The notes beneath the pieces are model-generated. The model saw only the letters and a program-made list of their open reading frames with translations. It was not told where the DNA came from and ran no database searches. DNA of 64,000 bases from a virus. The position numbers and the translations under genes are program-made. Below, one piece after another: positions 10,567 to 21,910 of this stretch. The stretch covers positions 2,910-66,909 of IMG/VR virus record IMGVR_UViG_3300031371_000002; one strand, given 5' to 3'. Numbering within the stretch: the stretch's first letter is position 1; each line of letters opens with the position of its first letter.

Positions 10567-11100
10567 TTATATAAAAAATTGATTACGTTGACTAACGAAC
10601 CACAAAGCAAAAGTAGGGAACTCTGCTGCTGAGATAGGCATCTTTGTACCATTTTCAAAGTGGATAGTTGTATCAGTCAATCCTAATTCAAAGCCATTCT
10701 TGACTTGCACCATGCCGTCCCCATCATCTTTTGTAAACGACACCGTGTAGTCAACTCCGTTTAGTGTATATACTGAACCTGCAAGCATGGCTTCGTCCCT
10801 GGCGATGTTAGCTTGTGCATCCAGTGATGCTTGTGTATCAGCATCAATCTTTTCTATATCAGGCTGATAGACCCCATCAGCATCAGGAGTATCAAAATAA
10901 TGGCTATACCGTGTACCATCTGCTTGCATAGCGTATGTTTTTACATAAGGAAATCCATTATCATCAAAAGCCAAATCCTCATTTGGTGCTTTAGGCTCCC
11001 AAAAGGTTTTAACTCTTGGGTCTGTGCTTATGATTGTCTCATCTTCATTTCTAAAGATACCTGTTTGTTTTTGGTTTATTCTGTCATAGTAAAGTGTCAT
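10567..11100 (-). CDS. Tail fibre assembly-like protein (DUF4376-like C-terminus)
   Basis: Follows a fibre gene; ANIARDEAM..G..YTLNG pattern. Confidence 0.5.
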   Translation of the reverse strand: MTLYYDRINQKQTGIFRNEDETIISTDPRVKTFWEPKAPNEDLAFDDNGFPYVKTYAMQADGTRYSHYFDTPDADGVYQPDIEKIDADTQASLDAQANIARDEAMLAGSVYTLNGVDYTVSFTKDDGDGMVQVKNGFELGLTDTTIHFENGTKMPISAAEFPTFALWFVSQRNQFFI

Positions 11101-11909
11101 TTGTATTCCCCTTCAATTATAATATCAACTCCAGCAAGATCACCGGATACAAAAATTGAAGATTTTGAAGTATACCTAACAGATACAGAGCTTGTTGTTT
11201 TTGCAATTGTGAAGAATTCACAATCTGATATATCTGTCGCGGTTAGATTTCCGTCATCTGATACTATTGCATAGGATACTTTAAATGCAGCAGAAGAAAG
11301 CGTACAGGGTAGTGTTGCGTTATAAAACAATTGAGAACCAGCAAGATACGCCATTGTATACGCTGTGATTATTTTAACATTACCCTTGCTATCCTTAATA
11401 TATTTGCTTCCATCAGTACATTTTCCTATAATAGTTCCATCTGGGTAAATCCTTGCCCCTGTAGAACTAAAACCAGTATCAGGTGAAAGAAGTAACCCCT
11501 CGTCAACGTACTCTTGATACTCTGATACGTTAGTACCATCAGATTCAATAAATGTGATCGTATTTGCTGAAACAGTAACCGCAGTACCAACATCACCTAC
11601 AACACGCACATCAATATCCTGTGCTGTGTCATTCTGGATAAATTTACTTGAAAAAGCAACTGTATCCAGATATCCAGTTCGTGAAGTAGTAAGAACTACT
11701 CCACTATCAGTTAAAGTGACTTTCCCATATCTGTTTTGAGTGGAATCAAAAGTTACATTGGCATCGCTTGAAAAGTCATAAGTCAATGTCTGCCCCTCAA
11801 ATGTACCTTTTGTAAATATTGGTGCCCCCGTTCCAGCCCCATTTGTAATATAATTAATTTGGAGTTGATGATCTGATAGTCCAGAACTCCATATAATTCC
11901 TTTTGCCAT
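11097..11909 (-). CDS. Tail fibre / receptor-binding candidate
   Basis: Beta-rich; GSKYIKDSKG and terminal IIIEGEYK typical of fibre C-termini. Confidence 0.55.
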   Translation of the reverse strand: MAKGIIWSSGLSDHQLQINYITNGAGTGAPIFTKGTFEGQTLTYDFSSDANVTFDSTQNRYGKVTLTDSGVVLTTSRTGYLDTVAFSSKFIQNDTAQDIDVRVVGDVGTAVTVSANTITFIESDGTNVSEYQEYVDEGLLLSPDTGFSSTGARIYPDGTIIGKCTDGSKYIKDSKGNVKIITAYTMAYLAGSQLFYNATLPCTLSSAAFKVSYAIVSDDGNLTATDISDCEFFTIAKTTSSVSVRYTSKSSIFVSGDLAGVDIIIEGEYK

Positions 11910-12707
11910 TTATTCTCCTTGTATTTTTATGGGAACGTCATAAAAACGCCCCCTACTTTCTGTTCCCTGAACTAAATCGAGGAAACCGTATTTCACATAA
12001 TACTCTTCAGTTACATTATCACTAACATAACATAGGACGTTATTCCTATTAGCTCTTTGAGTTGTTCTCAATGCTTGGTATTCATCAAATGTACAGAACA
12101 TATTAAATGACATATCGTTACTGATATAGTTAGATGTGTATAGATTTGTACCGTTGATTGTTCTTTTTTGAAAACCAAAATCCTGTTGATCATCTTTTAG
12201 GGGATACTCAGCTTCACCATATTCTGTTAAAGTTCCACCAAATACCATTCCCAAATAAGATACTGTTGGGAAAGTAACTACTGCCGTGGCACCTGTTTGA
12301 TCTGAGAATGTAAATAGTTTTTGATCGGTAATGCTTACATCTCCGCTATCATAAACAGCTGCGCCGTCCAACATATAAATACTATAACCATCTGCTATAG
12401 CTAAACTATATGAATCAGAAACAGCTACCGAATTACCATAATAAGTATCTTCTGTAAGAGTTGTATCAGTAGAGATTGTTGTAGTAGAGCCTGACCCATC
12501 TGAAACTACAACTCTAGTTGTTGTTGCATCAGTATTTGCTATAAAAATACAGTTTCCATCAAAAGATACTGTGTAGTACCCATATCCTGAAGATTGCTCT
12601 GCTAGTTGTTTCTTATATTCTGTAATTGCATATGTAGGATTTGTAGTAAACCCACTAGATACATATGTTGCTGTATTAGACCATGCTATCTTTGTATTAC
12701 AAGACAT
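11910..12707 (-). CDS. Tail tip / distal tail-like protein
   Basis: Position after the tape measure gene; composition. Confidence 0.45.
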   Translation of the reverse strand: MSCNTKIAWSNTATYVSSGFTTNPTYAITEYKKQLAEQSSGYGYYTVSFDGNCIFIANTDATTTRVVVSDGSGSTTTISTDTTLTEDTYYGNSVAVSDSYSLAIADGYSIYMLDGAAVYDSGDVSITDQKLFTFSDQTGATAVVTFPTVSYLGMVFGGTLTEYGEAEYPLKDDQQDFGFQKRTINGTNLYTSNYISNDMSFNMFCTFDEYQALRTTQRANRNNVLCYVSDNVTEEYYVKYGFLDLVQGTESRGRFYDVPIKIQGE

Positions 12708-12718
12708 TTACTACCTCC

Positions 12719-13351
12719 TTATACATAGGTTATTGTTCCTAAGCCTGATAAAATTTCATCACCTTCCTTAGTTAATTTCTTTTCTGTCACAACAAAACTT
12801 CCTGTAGCATAATCACTTGAAAGAGTCACCTCTGTACCAATTTGAATATGTCTTACAGTTCCCAACTTGATGCTGATAGAATCCCTAAGATATAAAGTCT
12901 TCTTACGATTTAACATTGTAAGAACTTCACTATTTATATAGTTCTTAGGAGATATCTCATCAGTTGTTCCTGTTGAAAGTCCCGTATAAACATCCTCTGA
13001 TTGATTTGCTTGAGTCAGTTGATATATTTTATTATCATATGCTTCTGTATTCCATTTCGCTGATATCTTTGAAACGATATTATCAGGTGCTGATGACTCT
13101 AAACCATCTTCAAGAATCTCAAAGTCAGTAATCGTTTCAGATGTTGATCCAGTGAGTTTATCTACAAAGTAGAAAGTTGTTCCATCTAAATAGAAAAGGT
13201 GGTCTGTATATTCACATAGACCTATTAGATATTCTATTCCATATTGTTGACTTGCTGGATACTCTCTTACTGAGACATCTGTTGCATAGGTTGTATCATA
13301 GGAGTAACCAGAAAATACTTTTGTTATTACTTTATCTATTGTGTTGAACAC
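12719..13351 (-). CDS. Tail tip hub-like protein
   Basis: Position; start ambiguous (see findings). Confidence 0.45.
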   Translation of the reverse strand: MFNTIDKVITKVFSGYSYDTTYATDVSVREYPASQQYGIEYLIGLCEYTDHLFYLDGTTFYFVDKLTGSTSETITDFEILEDGLESSAPDNIVSKISAKWNTEAYDNKIYQLTQANQSEDVYTGLSTGTTDEISPKNYINSEVLTMLNRKKTLYLRDSISIKLGTVRHIQIGTEVTLSSDYATGSFVVTEKKLTKEGDEILSGLGTITYV

Positions 13352-13403
13352 ATTTAAATCCTTTTATGCTATATGCGGCCAATGATGCTATTGTGTTGCT
13401 CAT

Positions 13404-15470
13404 TTAGTTATCCAACTGCTTCCATGTTGTTCCATTATATCCATAGAAATGTCCGTCTGAAGTGTTAAAATATATTACCCCGTTGCCTGGATTAGATGGG
13501 GCTGAACTGGAGCCTATTAATTGTATGTCACCGCCTGTCCCACCTTGAAATACACCCCCTACTCCACCATTTGTACCATATGATCCACCTATTGCCCATA
13601 TCCCAGACGATCCACCGCTTGTGAATACACCTGTTGAGGCACTCTCTGATAATATACCGTATCCAGAACCAGATGAGATAGCCTCTACTGAATTACAAAA
13701 ATTAGACTCTGCCCTAATTGCAGCCCCTGATTTTATTGTACCACTTGTTTTAGTATGTTTTGCGAATATGCCAGTATTTGAAATACCAGCATCTACATAA
13801 ATAAATGACTCGTAAGATGTTGATGTTGTGCTATCCCCTATTTCTACTACAGGGACCCACCCATACGTACCACTACCAGAATCATATAAAAACTTATAAA
13901 AATATGTCTTACCATCTTGGGTAGGCGTAAAATCAAGCCTTGTTGATGCTGTAAGCCCTGTTGATGGTGCAGTTCCACCTACTATTGTTAGGCGGGTTGC
14001 AGTTGAGTTTGTACCGTTTGGTATCATTTGGATACCATTAGTTAATAGGGTTGACCCATCCCAACTTATATAGTGTTCAGCATCCCCACCAAAGTAAAAA
14101 TCCCCATCATTCTTAATATATACTGTCCAAGTCGATCCAGAATAATATCCTAGATAGTCCTGAGATATATTCAACCCAGTATCGGGAGCACCATATTCAA
14201 TAGAAGACCCTTTGATAACTTTCTTGACTTCCTCTATAATGATATCCCAAGCTTGACCATTCCATTTATATTGAATATCCGTAGAAGTGTCATACCAAAT
14301 ATCACCAAGAATAAGATCATAGTCATTAGGACTTGGTTCAGTGTCTTGATGGTATGTCGTTGTCTGGAGTTTTCTTGCTTTTCCTGTAATAATCTCTTCA
14401 ACAATAGTTGTTGTCCCGTCAATATACATAGATATATCGCCAACAGGTCTTTGATCTAATTGAAAAGTTCCATCAGCAAGCTTATTGAAAGTTACTTCTA
14501 CGCCATCATCAAACACTTTTTGTGGATCACCATACGCTGACCAATACAAATACTTTGTCTGATTCATCAATAAAGGTCTTGCAAAGAAACCCTGTGTTAA
14601 TGTATAATTTCCATTGATATCACATAATTCACCAAAAGCTATCGGGTAGACTCTCCCATCGGAAAACACCGTAGAAGAAGAGATCGCAGACCAAGGAGAT
14701 GTTGGAGGGGAAACACTATGACCCCCATCTGTTTTAGTATTCTGATAATATACACCACTTGAATACACAACTGCATTGGATAGATATTTTGAATAGTCAT
14801 AATCTATGCTGAGAACATCTCCATCATCTACATCTGTTGTATCACTTACTGTAATAACACCGGAAGCATAATCTAATGTAAAGTCAGTATCCTCAACTAA
14901 TGAAACAGACTTTGTTGTATTGGTAATGCTTACAGTTGTATCTATAATTGATTGATTATGTAGAGGAGCTAAGAAAGTAGAACCTAATGCAAAAGATACC
15001 CTAAGCTCTTCACCAGTGACACTTATTGCAGTATTATCTACAAAAGTACCTTGATACTCCCCACCATTGATAATAAGGTTTGGAGCAGGAGTTAGTAGGT
15101 TATAATTTTCATTGCGGAAATCTTCCGTCTTAAACTTCAACTCAAATGTAAATTGATTTTTATCTCTCAATATAGCAACACCTGTAAAGATGTCTGTAAC
15201 AGTTGTTAAGTCATAGTCAGTCCACTTGAGAGTAACATCCCACTCTATATATGATTGGATATCTTTTAAAGAATCCCCATTATCATTAGTCTTTCCTGTG
15301 ATTAAAGATACAGACCCAAGTTGAAGAGACGCAAAAGCACCTCCTCCCCATGAGATATCAGTTGTATCCAGTATCCAAGGATCATACCACTGACCATTGT
15401 ATGTGACACCGTTTGCTATATCTGTAACATAAAATGTTGTTCCACCTGCTGTTATTGACATTAATATCAT
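13404..15470 (-). CDS. Central tail tip/fibre protein, mosaic
   Basis: Directly after the tape measure gene; YPIAFG, GDIWYDT..QYKWNGQAW, Gly-rich C-terminus. Confidence 0.65.
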   Translation of the reverse strand: MILMSITAGGTTFYVTDIANGVTYNGQWYDPWILDTTDISWGGGAFASLQLGSVSLITGKTNDNGDSLKDIQSYIEWDVTLKWTDYDLTTVTDIFTGVAILRDKNQFTFELKFKTEDFRNENYNLLTPAPNLIINGGEYQGTFVDNTAISVTGEELRVSFALGSTFLAPLHNQSIIDTTVSITNTTKSVSLVEDTDFTLDYASGVITVSDTTDVDDGDVLSIDYDYSKYLSNAVVYSSGVYYQNTKTDGGHSVSPPTSPWSAISSSTVFSDGRVYPIAFGELCDINGNYTLTQGFFARPLLMNQTKYLYWSAYGDPQKVFDDGVEVTFNKLADGTFQLDQRPVGDISMYIDGTTTIVEEIITGKARKLQTTTYHQDTEPSPNDYDLILGDIWYDTSTDIQYKWNGQAWDIIIEEVKKVIKGSSIEYGAPDTGLNISQDYLGYYSGSTWTVYIKNDGDFYFGGDAEHYISWDGSTLLTNGIQMIPNGTNSTATRLTIVGGTAPSTGLTASTRLDFTPTQDGKTYFYKFLYDSGSGTYGWVPVVEIGDSTTSTSYESFIYVDAGISNTGIFAKHTKTSGTIKSGAAIRAESNFCNSVEAISSGSGYGILSESASTGVFTSGGSSGIWAIGGSYGTNGGVGGVFQGGTGGDIQLIGSSSAPSNPGNGVIYFNTSDGHFYGYNGTTWKQLDN

Positions 15471-18400
15471 GCCATAGCTCCTTCATACCTATTCAATGTT
15501 CTTTTTAAACCGCTTGATGTTAGAGGATTTTCTGCTGTTGTTTTTGTGTAAGATGCTGTTGCCGCATTAGTTGCTTCTATATTACTTAGCTTATCATTCA
15601 TTCTTCTATTCTCTTCCCTAAGCGCACGAATTTCAGCAATTAAAGCACCTGAACCATAGTCCATGTTGTTTGAAATAGGGAATACTGGCATTGTTCCACC
15701 GCCATTAGCATAGCCTTTTCTGATTCCTTCTAAAGAAGGGAATAGATATGACATGCTTTGTGGGACAACATATTCACCTTTATGGACTATTCCAGCAGGT
15801 TGATATTTATTACCCTCTCCCGTGTATCCACCAGATGCAAACATTCCATGATGATGGCTCTTTTTGGTGGGGGTTGAAAATGGTGTGGGAGTGGTCGTGG
15901 TATCAGGAATAGTAGCTACTAAGGCAGTTGTGTTAGCTGCAATTATTTCAAGTTGTGCTAACATCAGATCATCAATAGTCATTAACTGACCTTGAAACTG
16001 TTCAGTGGTATTTGCTATCATTTCTTGAATCTTAATTGCTTCAGGTGATGATTTAAGAACATCTAATGTGGTTTGACTATACTGACCTGCAATATCCATA
16101 TATCTACCAAAAGCTCTTTGTAAGGCAGATAAGTTTTCAGAAGTTTGATCACCTTGAAATGCAGATAATGCAGAACTTAAAGTAGCTTGCTCTTGTGAAA
16201 ATCTTCCTTGATAGTATTCTAACCCTTGTCCCGGCAATCCACGTTGACCACGAATCTGATCTATTAAGGATTGTGCTTGATCTACCATTCCTTTTAAGGA
16301 ATCTGAGAATGATTTTAGTTTATCAGCAGCATCTCCTGCTGAGTCTCCTACATCATACATTCCTTGCAGTAGGGTAGATACTGTATCCTCAGAACTTACT
16401 GCAACTGATAGTATTGCATCTGCTGTCTCTTGGGATATCCCTAAAGTATCAAGAAGCGCTTGATTTGCATCTTCTTCAGTCATTAACCCTTGTTCAATTA
16501 GGATATTATTTTTTGCTTGTACTTTCGCAACATCAGAAAGGAGACTTAAGAAACTTTCAGTAGAAGTAACATTTGCGTCCTGTAACGCTGTATTTTTTTG
16601 TATTGCTTGACCTAAGGCATCTGATGCAATTACAGCTTCATCCTCAGAACTTACAAAACCAGCAAGAGAATCAATTGACTGATTTCTCATATTTGCCAAT
16701 TCTACTTCCAAATCAGATAAAGTATTAATACTTGCTATATACTGACCTGCGTACCTACCCTTGTACCCAAATTCCTGTAATGCTTTATATAGTTCAGTCT
16801 GGGCTGCTGTTGCAGTCTGTGCATCATACCCTTGATAAAAGGATCTTAATTTTGTTCTACTCTTTGTGACCCCCGCTTCAGAAAATAAGGTATTTAACTC
16901 TTTCCTGACTGCTATGTCCTGTGATAGCTTTCCTATTTTTCTAACCTGCTCATATCCTGTTTGACCTCTAGCCTGTGCAAGCTGTGCATCGGTATTATTA
17001 TTTAGTGCATCAATTAGATTATTGAAAGCAGATCGTGTTTTTGCCTCTAAATCAAACTTTTCTTTTTGTCCACTAAGAGCCTGACCTGCTACCATAAGAC
17101 CAGCTCCAGTTGCTATAGCAGCATAAGGATTTGCAGCAAAAGAGGTTGCTACAACGGCACTTGTTCCAGCACTTATTAACCCAGAACCAATTGAAGTAGC
17201 ACCACTAGATACTGCTTTTTGAATATCTACAGAACCTGTTTTAATCGCTTCTATTATTACACTAGACAAGGTATTAGCTATTCCTTCTGATATGATTTTA
17301 CCCATATCGACTGAACCCCTAAGTAACGCTTGTACAAAATCTTTTTGTGACTTATCCAATGCCTGTACCATATCTGATAATCTAGCTGCTTCTGTTCCTG
17401 CTGTAGTGCCCTGTCTTGTAGCAGCTATATTTTTTAATGCAATAGTTGCTTGAGTTAATTTTCCACCCTTTACTAAAGAGCTGATATTAGAAAAGTCAAT
17501 CCCATCAATAGAATCACCAACTGATTTAATATACTTAGCCGTTTGTATCAGTTCATCATTCAAAGATGATCTTATTACATTTGCAAATTTATCATACTGA
17601 TCTGTATTCTTCTGACCTAAATCATACAAAGTATTTAGGTTAGATATCATCAATCCTATTGATTGTGCATCCTCTTTTGTAAACCTTTCAAAGAATGGTT
17701 GAGTGCCTGTAACTTCAGTAGGAGTGGTAGACTTTGTTAGTTTTTCTTTCTCAGCGTTTGCAACTGTAAGCTTCCCCTTTAGTCTATCTATTTGCTGTTC
17801 AAATAGTTTTATTGTTGCATCTTCACCTTTTGTAGTTCCACCCTCTTTCAGCTTTGCAATTTGGGTAGTATAGTAATCAATACTTTTTTGTAGCTTTTCA
17901 GTAGGAGTAGCTTCTAAGGTTTTGTAGAACGGCTCTGCCTGCTTTCTAACTTCTTTCAGAGCACTGGCAAACTCTTTTGCACTCACTGTGCTATCATCTA
18001 ACCAAGTCAACATCTTATTAGAAACATCTAGAATAGAATCACCTAAAGGGGTTAGAACATCTTTCGCCAAATCTCCAAGAACATTTTTGACACGTTCCCA
18101 AGTTTTAGCATACGTGTTTACCACCTTTGCTGAATCATCTAACGCACCCGCTGAATCTTTTATCTGATCAAGGCCACTTACTACCGATCCAATAGATGTC
18201 CGTAAGTTGGTTAGTGATTGTCCATATAATTTATCTACACTTTGAATGAGTTTATTAAAATCGTTATCACTTAATGCCTGTAACCTCCTACCGAAACTTA
18301 CTAATGCATCCTCACCTTCTTTACCGCCTTTATATAGTTTCTCTAAGAACGCAGCTTGAGATATTCCTAAACCACCAAATATAGCCTGACTATCCGCACT

Positions 18401-19678
18401 GTCTTCTCTTAATCCTGAGAATAAAGTACGAATTTGTGTACCAATTGTAGAGGCATTCAAACCAAGTCTACTAAAAGCAGAGGCCAAAGCACCAATTGTA
18501 TCTACCGTAGCCCCAACACTTTCTGCGGCTGTCAATGCGTAATTTGAAAAGGTAGCAATATCCTGAGTTGTCAACTTAGAACTATTTGCAACCCATGCAA
18601 GTTTATCTCCGAGCTGTTGAGCAGAGTATCCTGCTTTTCCAGCTCCATCTCCAAATACCGTAAAGAAGGTTACAATCGCACCAGCAGATGTCTCTACCGT
18701 ATCCCCTGTAAGCAAGGCCATCTTAACAACAACTTCGGTAGCATCAGCAAGATTCTCTGCTTCTACTCCTGCTCTAGCAAGTTCTAGAGCCGCCTGATTT
18801 AATCCTTCAACTGTACCACCTAATGATATACCAAGATCAACTATTTGCTGTTCTAGATTTCTAGCTGAATCTCTATTTAAATTAAGGACAGCATCCAATG
18901 TTGCGGCAGCCTTATCAAATTCTACTAAGAACTCAACACTATTTCTTAGAGCATTTGTAACAGCATACAATCCTCCAAAAGCAGCAGCATACATAGCAGC
19001 ACGTTTAGTGATTTCTACAAACCAAGCACCTCTATGGAGTTTCTCCAAAGCAACAGTATGATCATGAATCTTTTTAGAGCCATCATCAATATTGCTTTTA
19101 TATTTTTCAACTTTTTTGGAATATTGATCTAGGGTCATCTTTCCAGATTCATATTGCTTTGTAAGATTATCAACTTCCATAGCCAATTTATTTTGAGCTT
19201 TAGAATCTTCTCTAACTCTTGCAATATCTTTCTTTGCAAAGACACCTGCTGATTCTTTTCTAGCAGCCATCTTTTCTAGTTCTCTTGATTGACCTATCAA
19301 TTTATCCCGAAGCCTTATTGCTTCATTAATAGAGGAGGATTCTTTTTTTACAGTATTGGCATTTGCACTTATCTGGGTATTCAAACCTTTATAAGCAGAT
19401 TCAATGTTCTTTACATTAGCGGTATATTTAGCTAACGCCTGTCCTTGAAGATCGGTATTTCCTTTAGCATTTTTAACAGCTTGATTAAACACCTGAGTCT
19501 CATTTGTAAGAGCTTCAAGTTGTTTTTTAGTTGCCTGTGCTGATTTATCAAGACCCATTACAGAAGCTCTATTAGAAACCCTGATGATACTATCTTCAAG
19601 CTTTCCTACTTCTTTATTTATCTTATCAAGATTCTCTGCGGTAAATCTTATGTTATATAATTCTTGTGATTCTGCCAT
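15467..19678 (-). CDS. Tape measure protein
   Basis: 1403 aa helical A/S-rich; TP901-like core; FASGGYTG..AGIVHKGEYVVP. Confidence 0.92.
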   Translation of the reverse strand: MAESQELYNIRFTAENLDKINKEVGKLEDSIIRVSNRASVMGLDKSAQATKKQLEALTNETQVFNQAVKNAKGNTDLQGQALAKYTANVKNIESAYKGLNTQISANANTVKKESSSINEAIRLRDKLIGQSRELEKMAARKESAGVFAKKDIARVREDSKAQNKLAMEVDNLTKQYESGKMTLDQYSKKVEKYKSNIDDGSKKIHDHTVALEKLHRGAWFVEITKRAAMYAAAFGGLYAVTNALRNSVEFLVEFDKAAATLDAVLNLNRDSARNLEQQIVDLGISLGGTVEGLNQAALELARAGVEAENLADATEVVVKMALLTGDTVETSAGAIVTFFTVFGDGAGKAGYSAQQLGDKLAWVANSSKLTTQDIATFSNYALTAAESVGATVDTIGALASAFSRLGLNASTIGTQIRTLFSGLREDSADSQAIFGGLGISQAAFLEKLYKGGKEGEDALVSFGRRLQALSDNDFNKLIQSVDKLYGQSLTNLRTSIGSVVSGLDQIKDSAGALDDSAKVVNTYAKTWERVKNVLGDLAKDVLTPLGDSILDVSNKMLTWLDDSTVSAKEFASALKEVRKQAEPFYKTLEATPTEKLQKSIDYYTTQIAKLKEGGTTKGEDATIKLFEQQIDRLKGKLTVANAEKEKLTKSTTPTEVTGTQPFFERFTKEDAQSIGLMISNLNTLYDLGQKNTDQYDKFANVIRSSLNDELIQTAKYIKSVGDSIDGIDFSNISSLVKGGKLTQATIALKNIAATRQGTTAGTEAARLSDMVQALDKSQKDFVQALLRGSVDMGKIISEGIANTLSSVIIEAIKTGSVDIQKAVSSGATSIGSGLISAGTSAVVATSFAANPYAAIATGAGLMVAGQALSGQKEKFDLEAKTRSAFNNLIDALNNNTDAQLAQARGQTGYEQVRKIGKLSQDIAVRKELNTLFSEAGVTKSRTKLRSFYQGYDAQTATAAQTELYKALQEFGYKGRYAGQYIASINTLSDLEVELANMRNQSIDSLAGFVSSEDEAVIASDALGQAIQKNTALQDANVTSTESFLSLLSDVAKVQAKNNILIEQGLMTEEDANQALLDTLGISQETADAILSVAVSSEDTVSTLLQGMYDVGDSAGDAADKLKSFSDSLKGMVDQAQSLIDQIRGQRGLPGQGLEYYQGRFSQEQATLSSALSAFQGDQTSENLSALQRAFGRYMDIAGQYSQTTLDVLKSSPEAIKIQEMIANTTEQFQGQLMTIDDLMLAQLEIIAANTTALVATIPDTTTTPTPFSTPTKKSHHHGMFASGGYTGEGNKYQPAGIVHKGEYVVPQSMSYLFPSLEGIRKGYANGGGTMPVFPISNNMDYGSGALIAEIRALREENRRMNDKLSNIEATNAATASYTKTTAENPLTSSGLKRTLNRYEGAMA

Positions 19679-19742
19679 ATGTCCTCCTTATAGGTTTCCT
19701 TCAGACAATGCTTTCCCAAGCACTCTATGAAAGAGAAGGGGG

Positions 19743-20551
19743 TTATTTCCCCTTCTTTGGATTATCTAATAATTCTTTTTCGTATTTATTCAAAGCAGAT
19801 TGAACCATTGAAGTGCATTTTCCGAAGAAATCTGTTTGATCTCCCCATGCACCTTCTTCAGGTAAATGTCCTGCTTGATTGATTGAATGTGATTCCATTG
19901 CATCAGAGAACATATTCTTGATATCAATTCCTTCATGCTCATGTTTCATAAAGTAGGACATAGGACATTCGGTAATAACCTGATCTTTGATTCTAAGCTT
20001 AAATGCAGATTTCCCTTTTATTTCATGAATAGGGCAGTTCCATGCAAGTTTTTCACTATCATTACAAGTGGTACAGTTTTTCTTACGTTTTACTTTATCC
20101 TGATACCACTCATTGAAATAGATTATTAGAAGTTTCCCAAGTGTGCTTCTGCATCATCAGGGAATTTAGAAACATTAAGGATTACAGAACCAAACTCTGT
20201 GATTCCTTCATTTCCAATAAAGGTAAGCATATCATCATCAACACCAACTTTAGGATCATATTTGATCTCTTTGTCATTCTCATCAAAGATATTATCCCAA
20301 CCACAAATCTGACTCTTTACAACATCGACATTGACACTATTTTGACTGATTCTCATTGATTTGAATCCATCTTCATATGTGATAATGCTATCTTGAATCT
20401 TTGCAAGTTGTTTCTGTGATAGAGGTTTGAACTTAAAGGTTGGAGGATTTTGTACTTTCTCTTTTTCACCTTCTTCATTATCTTCAAAACGATCTTGAAT
20501 CAGTACATACTCATATTCATGTTTATAATTCCGTGTAAACTTTCGTGCCAT
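19743..20551 (-). CDS. Tail assembly chaperone pair (G at 20551-20126; GT via -1 frameshift to 19743)
   Basis: Slippery G GGA AAC at 20138-20132; the -1 frame is open into the 19961 ORF. Confidence 0.88.
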
Positions 20552-20576
20552 TATTTTTCCTTTTCTAATGTACTTA

Positions 20577-20607
20577 TGGGAGAGCTATTCTAAGCTCCCC
20601 AAAATTA
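20577..20607 (-). terminator. Hairpin after the tail tube gene
   Basis: GGGGAGCT..AGCTCTCC; shares TAAGCTCCCCAAAATTA (+ strand) with the post-capsid hairpin. Confidence 0.6.
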
Positions 20608-21897
20608 GGCTGCTTTAGTAGCCATATAGAATGCGTTGTTATTCGCATCCATAAATGCTTTGAATGTTGTATTTTGTACAATCACACCCGCATCATCTGT
20701 TCGACCAATTTGAGTGATACGAATATTAGGGAAGTAGACAATAATCTCATCACCATCAGTATTTGTCAGCTCAAAGTAAATCTCAGCAGCAGTATTGTTC
20801 TTGAATGTTGAAACAAGAGCTGTATCAGCAATCTCAAAGTCAAAAGAACCTTCAAGCATCTTCTCTGTAATAGTCTTACGGTAGATACCAGCAGATGTAA
20901 CAGAGTTAGAGTCTCTAAGGGTATTTGATGGATTGAATGCAAGATTTGTAACATCATAAGAAACATCATCAATCGTAAAGATTGCACGTTTACCTACAAA
21001 GCTGCCGCCTCCACAAGATTGACCGCTAAGAACATGTGGATCACCGTATGTCTCAGAAACAGTTGTAAAATTAATACCCTGAAGAGGAATATCAAATTTA
21101 ACAAGGTCAGCGGTATTCATGTTCATTGTGATACCTTCAGCCATTACACCGAAGAAGTCCTCACAAGCTCCTGCCTCTGAACCAAGATACTGTCTAGCAG
21201 CAAGAGATGTAATAGACTCTCCAACAACTGCAAAACGGTAAAGGTCATAAGCACCTGCACCTGTATTTTCTGTAATAGTACCTGTAGTTTTATTTACATC
21301 AGCACTGATTGCGGCATAATAACCAAGAGCATTCTTTACCATATCGTGATTCTGTAGCATTCCAACAGATGATCCCGGCTGAGTTGTCAGCATTTTAAGG
21401 TCAAATGTGATAGATGCAGAAGAAGTTTCCTGACCAGCAAGTGATGGACAAGTGATATACTGACCATTCGCTGTATTTGGTGTGATCTCTGCAATATTGG
21501 AATCGAAATATCCACCGACATCAAATAGAATTGAGTCAGCATCTTCAAAGATACCGTAGATGATTACAACATCTTCTGTACCAGCCTGAGCACCCCCAGA
21601 AAGGAATGTAACAGTTGTTTCAGTAGAAGTAGTTACAATTGTATAATCTGTACCATATGTCAGAAGAGTATCAGTAGAGTCAACACTACCAGAAGCAGTA
21701 CCAACATCTAGATATACTTTGACTGTTGCTTCACTGACAACACCTGTAGGATTAGTACCTGTGTGTGAATCAAGAACAACTGAATCAGTAGCGGATACCA
21801 AAGTATCTGTTTTGGTAAAGTCTCTAGCTGGACCCTCACCATATACGCTCTCCTGCTCAATTGCAATGACAGTGGTTTTTGATAGCAAAGCTGCCAT
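20605..21897 (-). CDS. Major tail tube protein
   Basis: IAIEQESVYG N-terminus; EIIVYFPNIRI; position before the chaperone. Confidence 0.8.
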   Translation of the reverse strand: MAALLSKTTVIAIEQESVYGEGPARDFTKTDTLVSATDSVVLDSHTGTNPTGVVSEATVKVYLDVGTASGSVDSTDTLLTYGTDYTIVTTSTETTVTFLSGGAQAGTEDVVIIYGIFEDADSILFDVGGYFDSNIAEITPNTANGQYITCPSLAGQETSSASITFDLKMLTTQPGSSVGMLQNHDMVKNALGYYAAISADVNKTTGTITENTGAGAYDLYRFAVVGESITSLAARQYLGSEAGACEDFFGVMAEGITMNMNTADLVKFDIPLQGINFTTVSETYGDPHVLSGQSCGGGSFVGKRAIFTIDDVSYDVTNLAFNPSNTLRDSNSVTSAGIYRKTITEKMLEGSFDFEIADTALVSTFKNNTAAEIYFELTNTDGDEIIVYFPNIRITQIGRTDDAGVIVQNTTFKAFMDANNNAFYMATKAA

Positions 21898-21910
21898 GTT
21901 TTTCCTTTAT

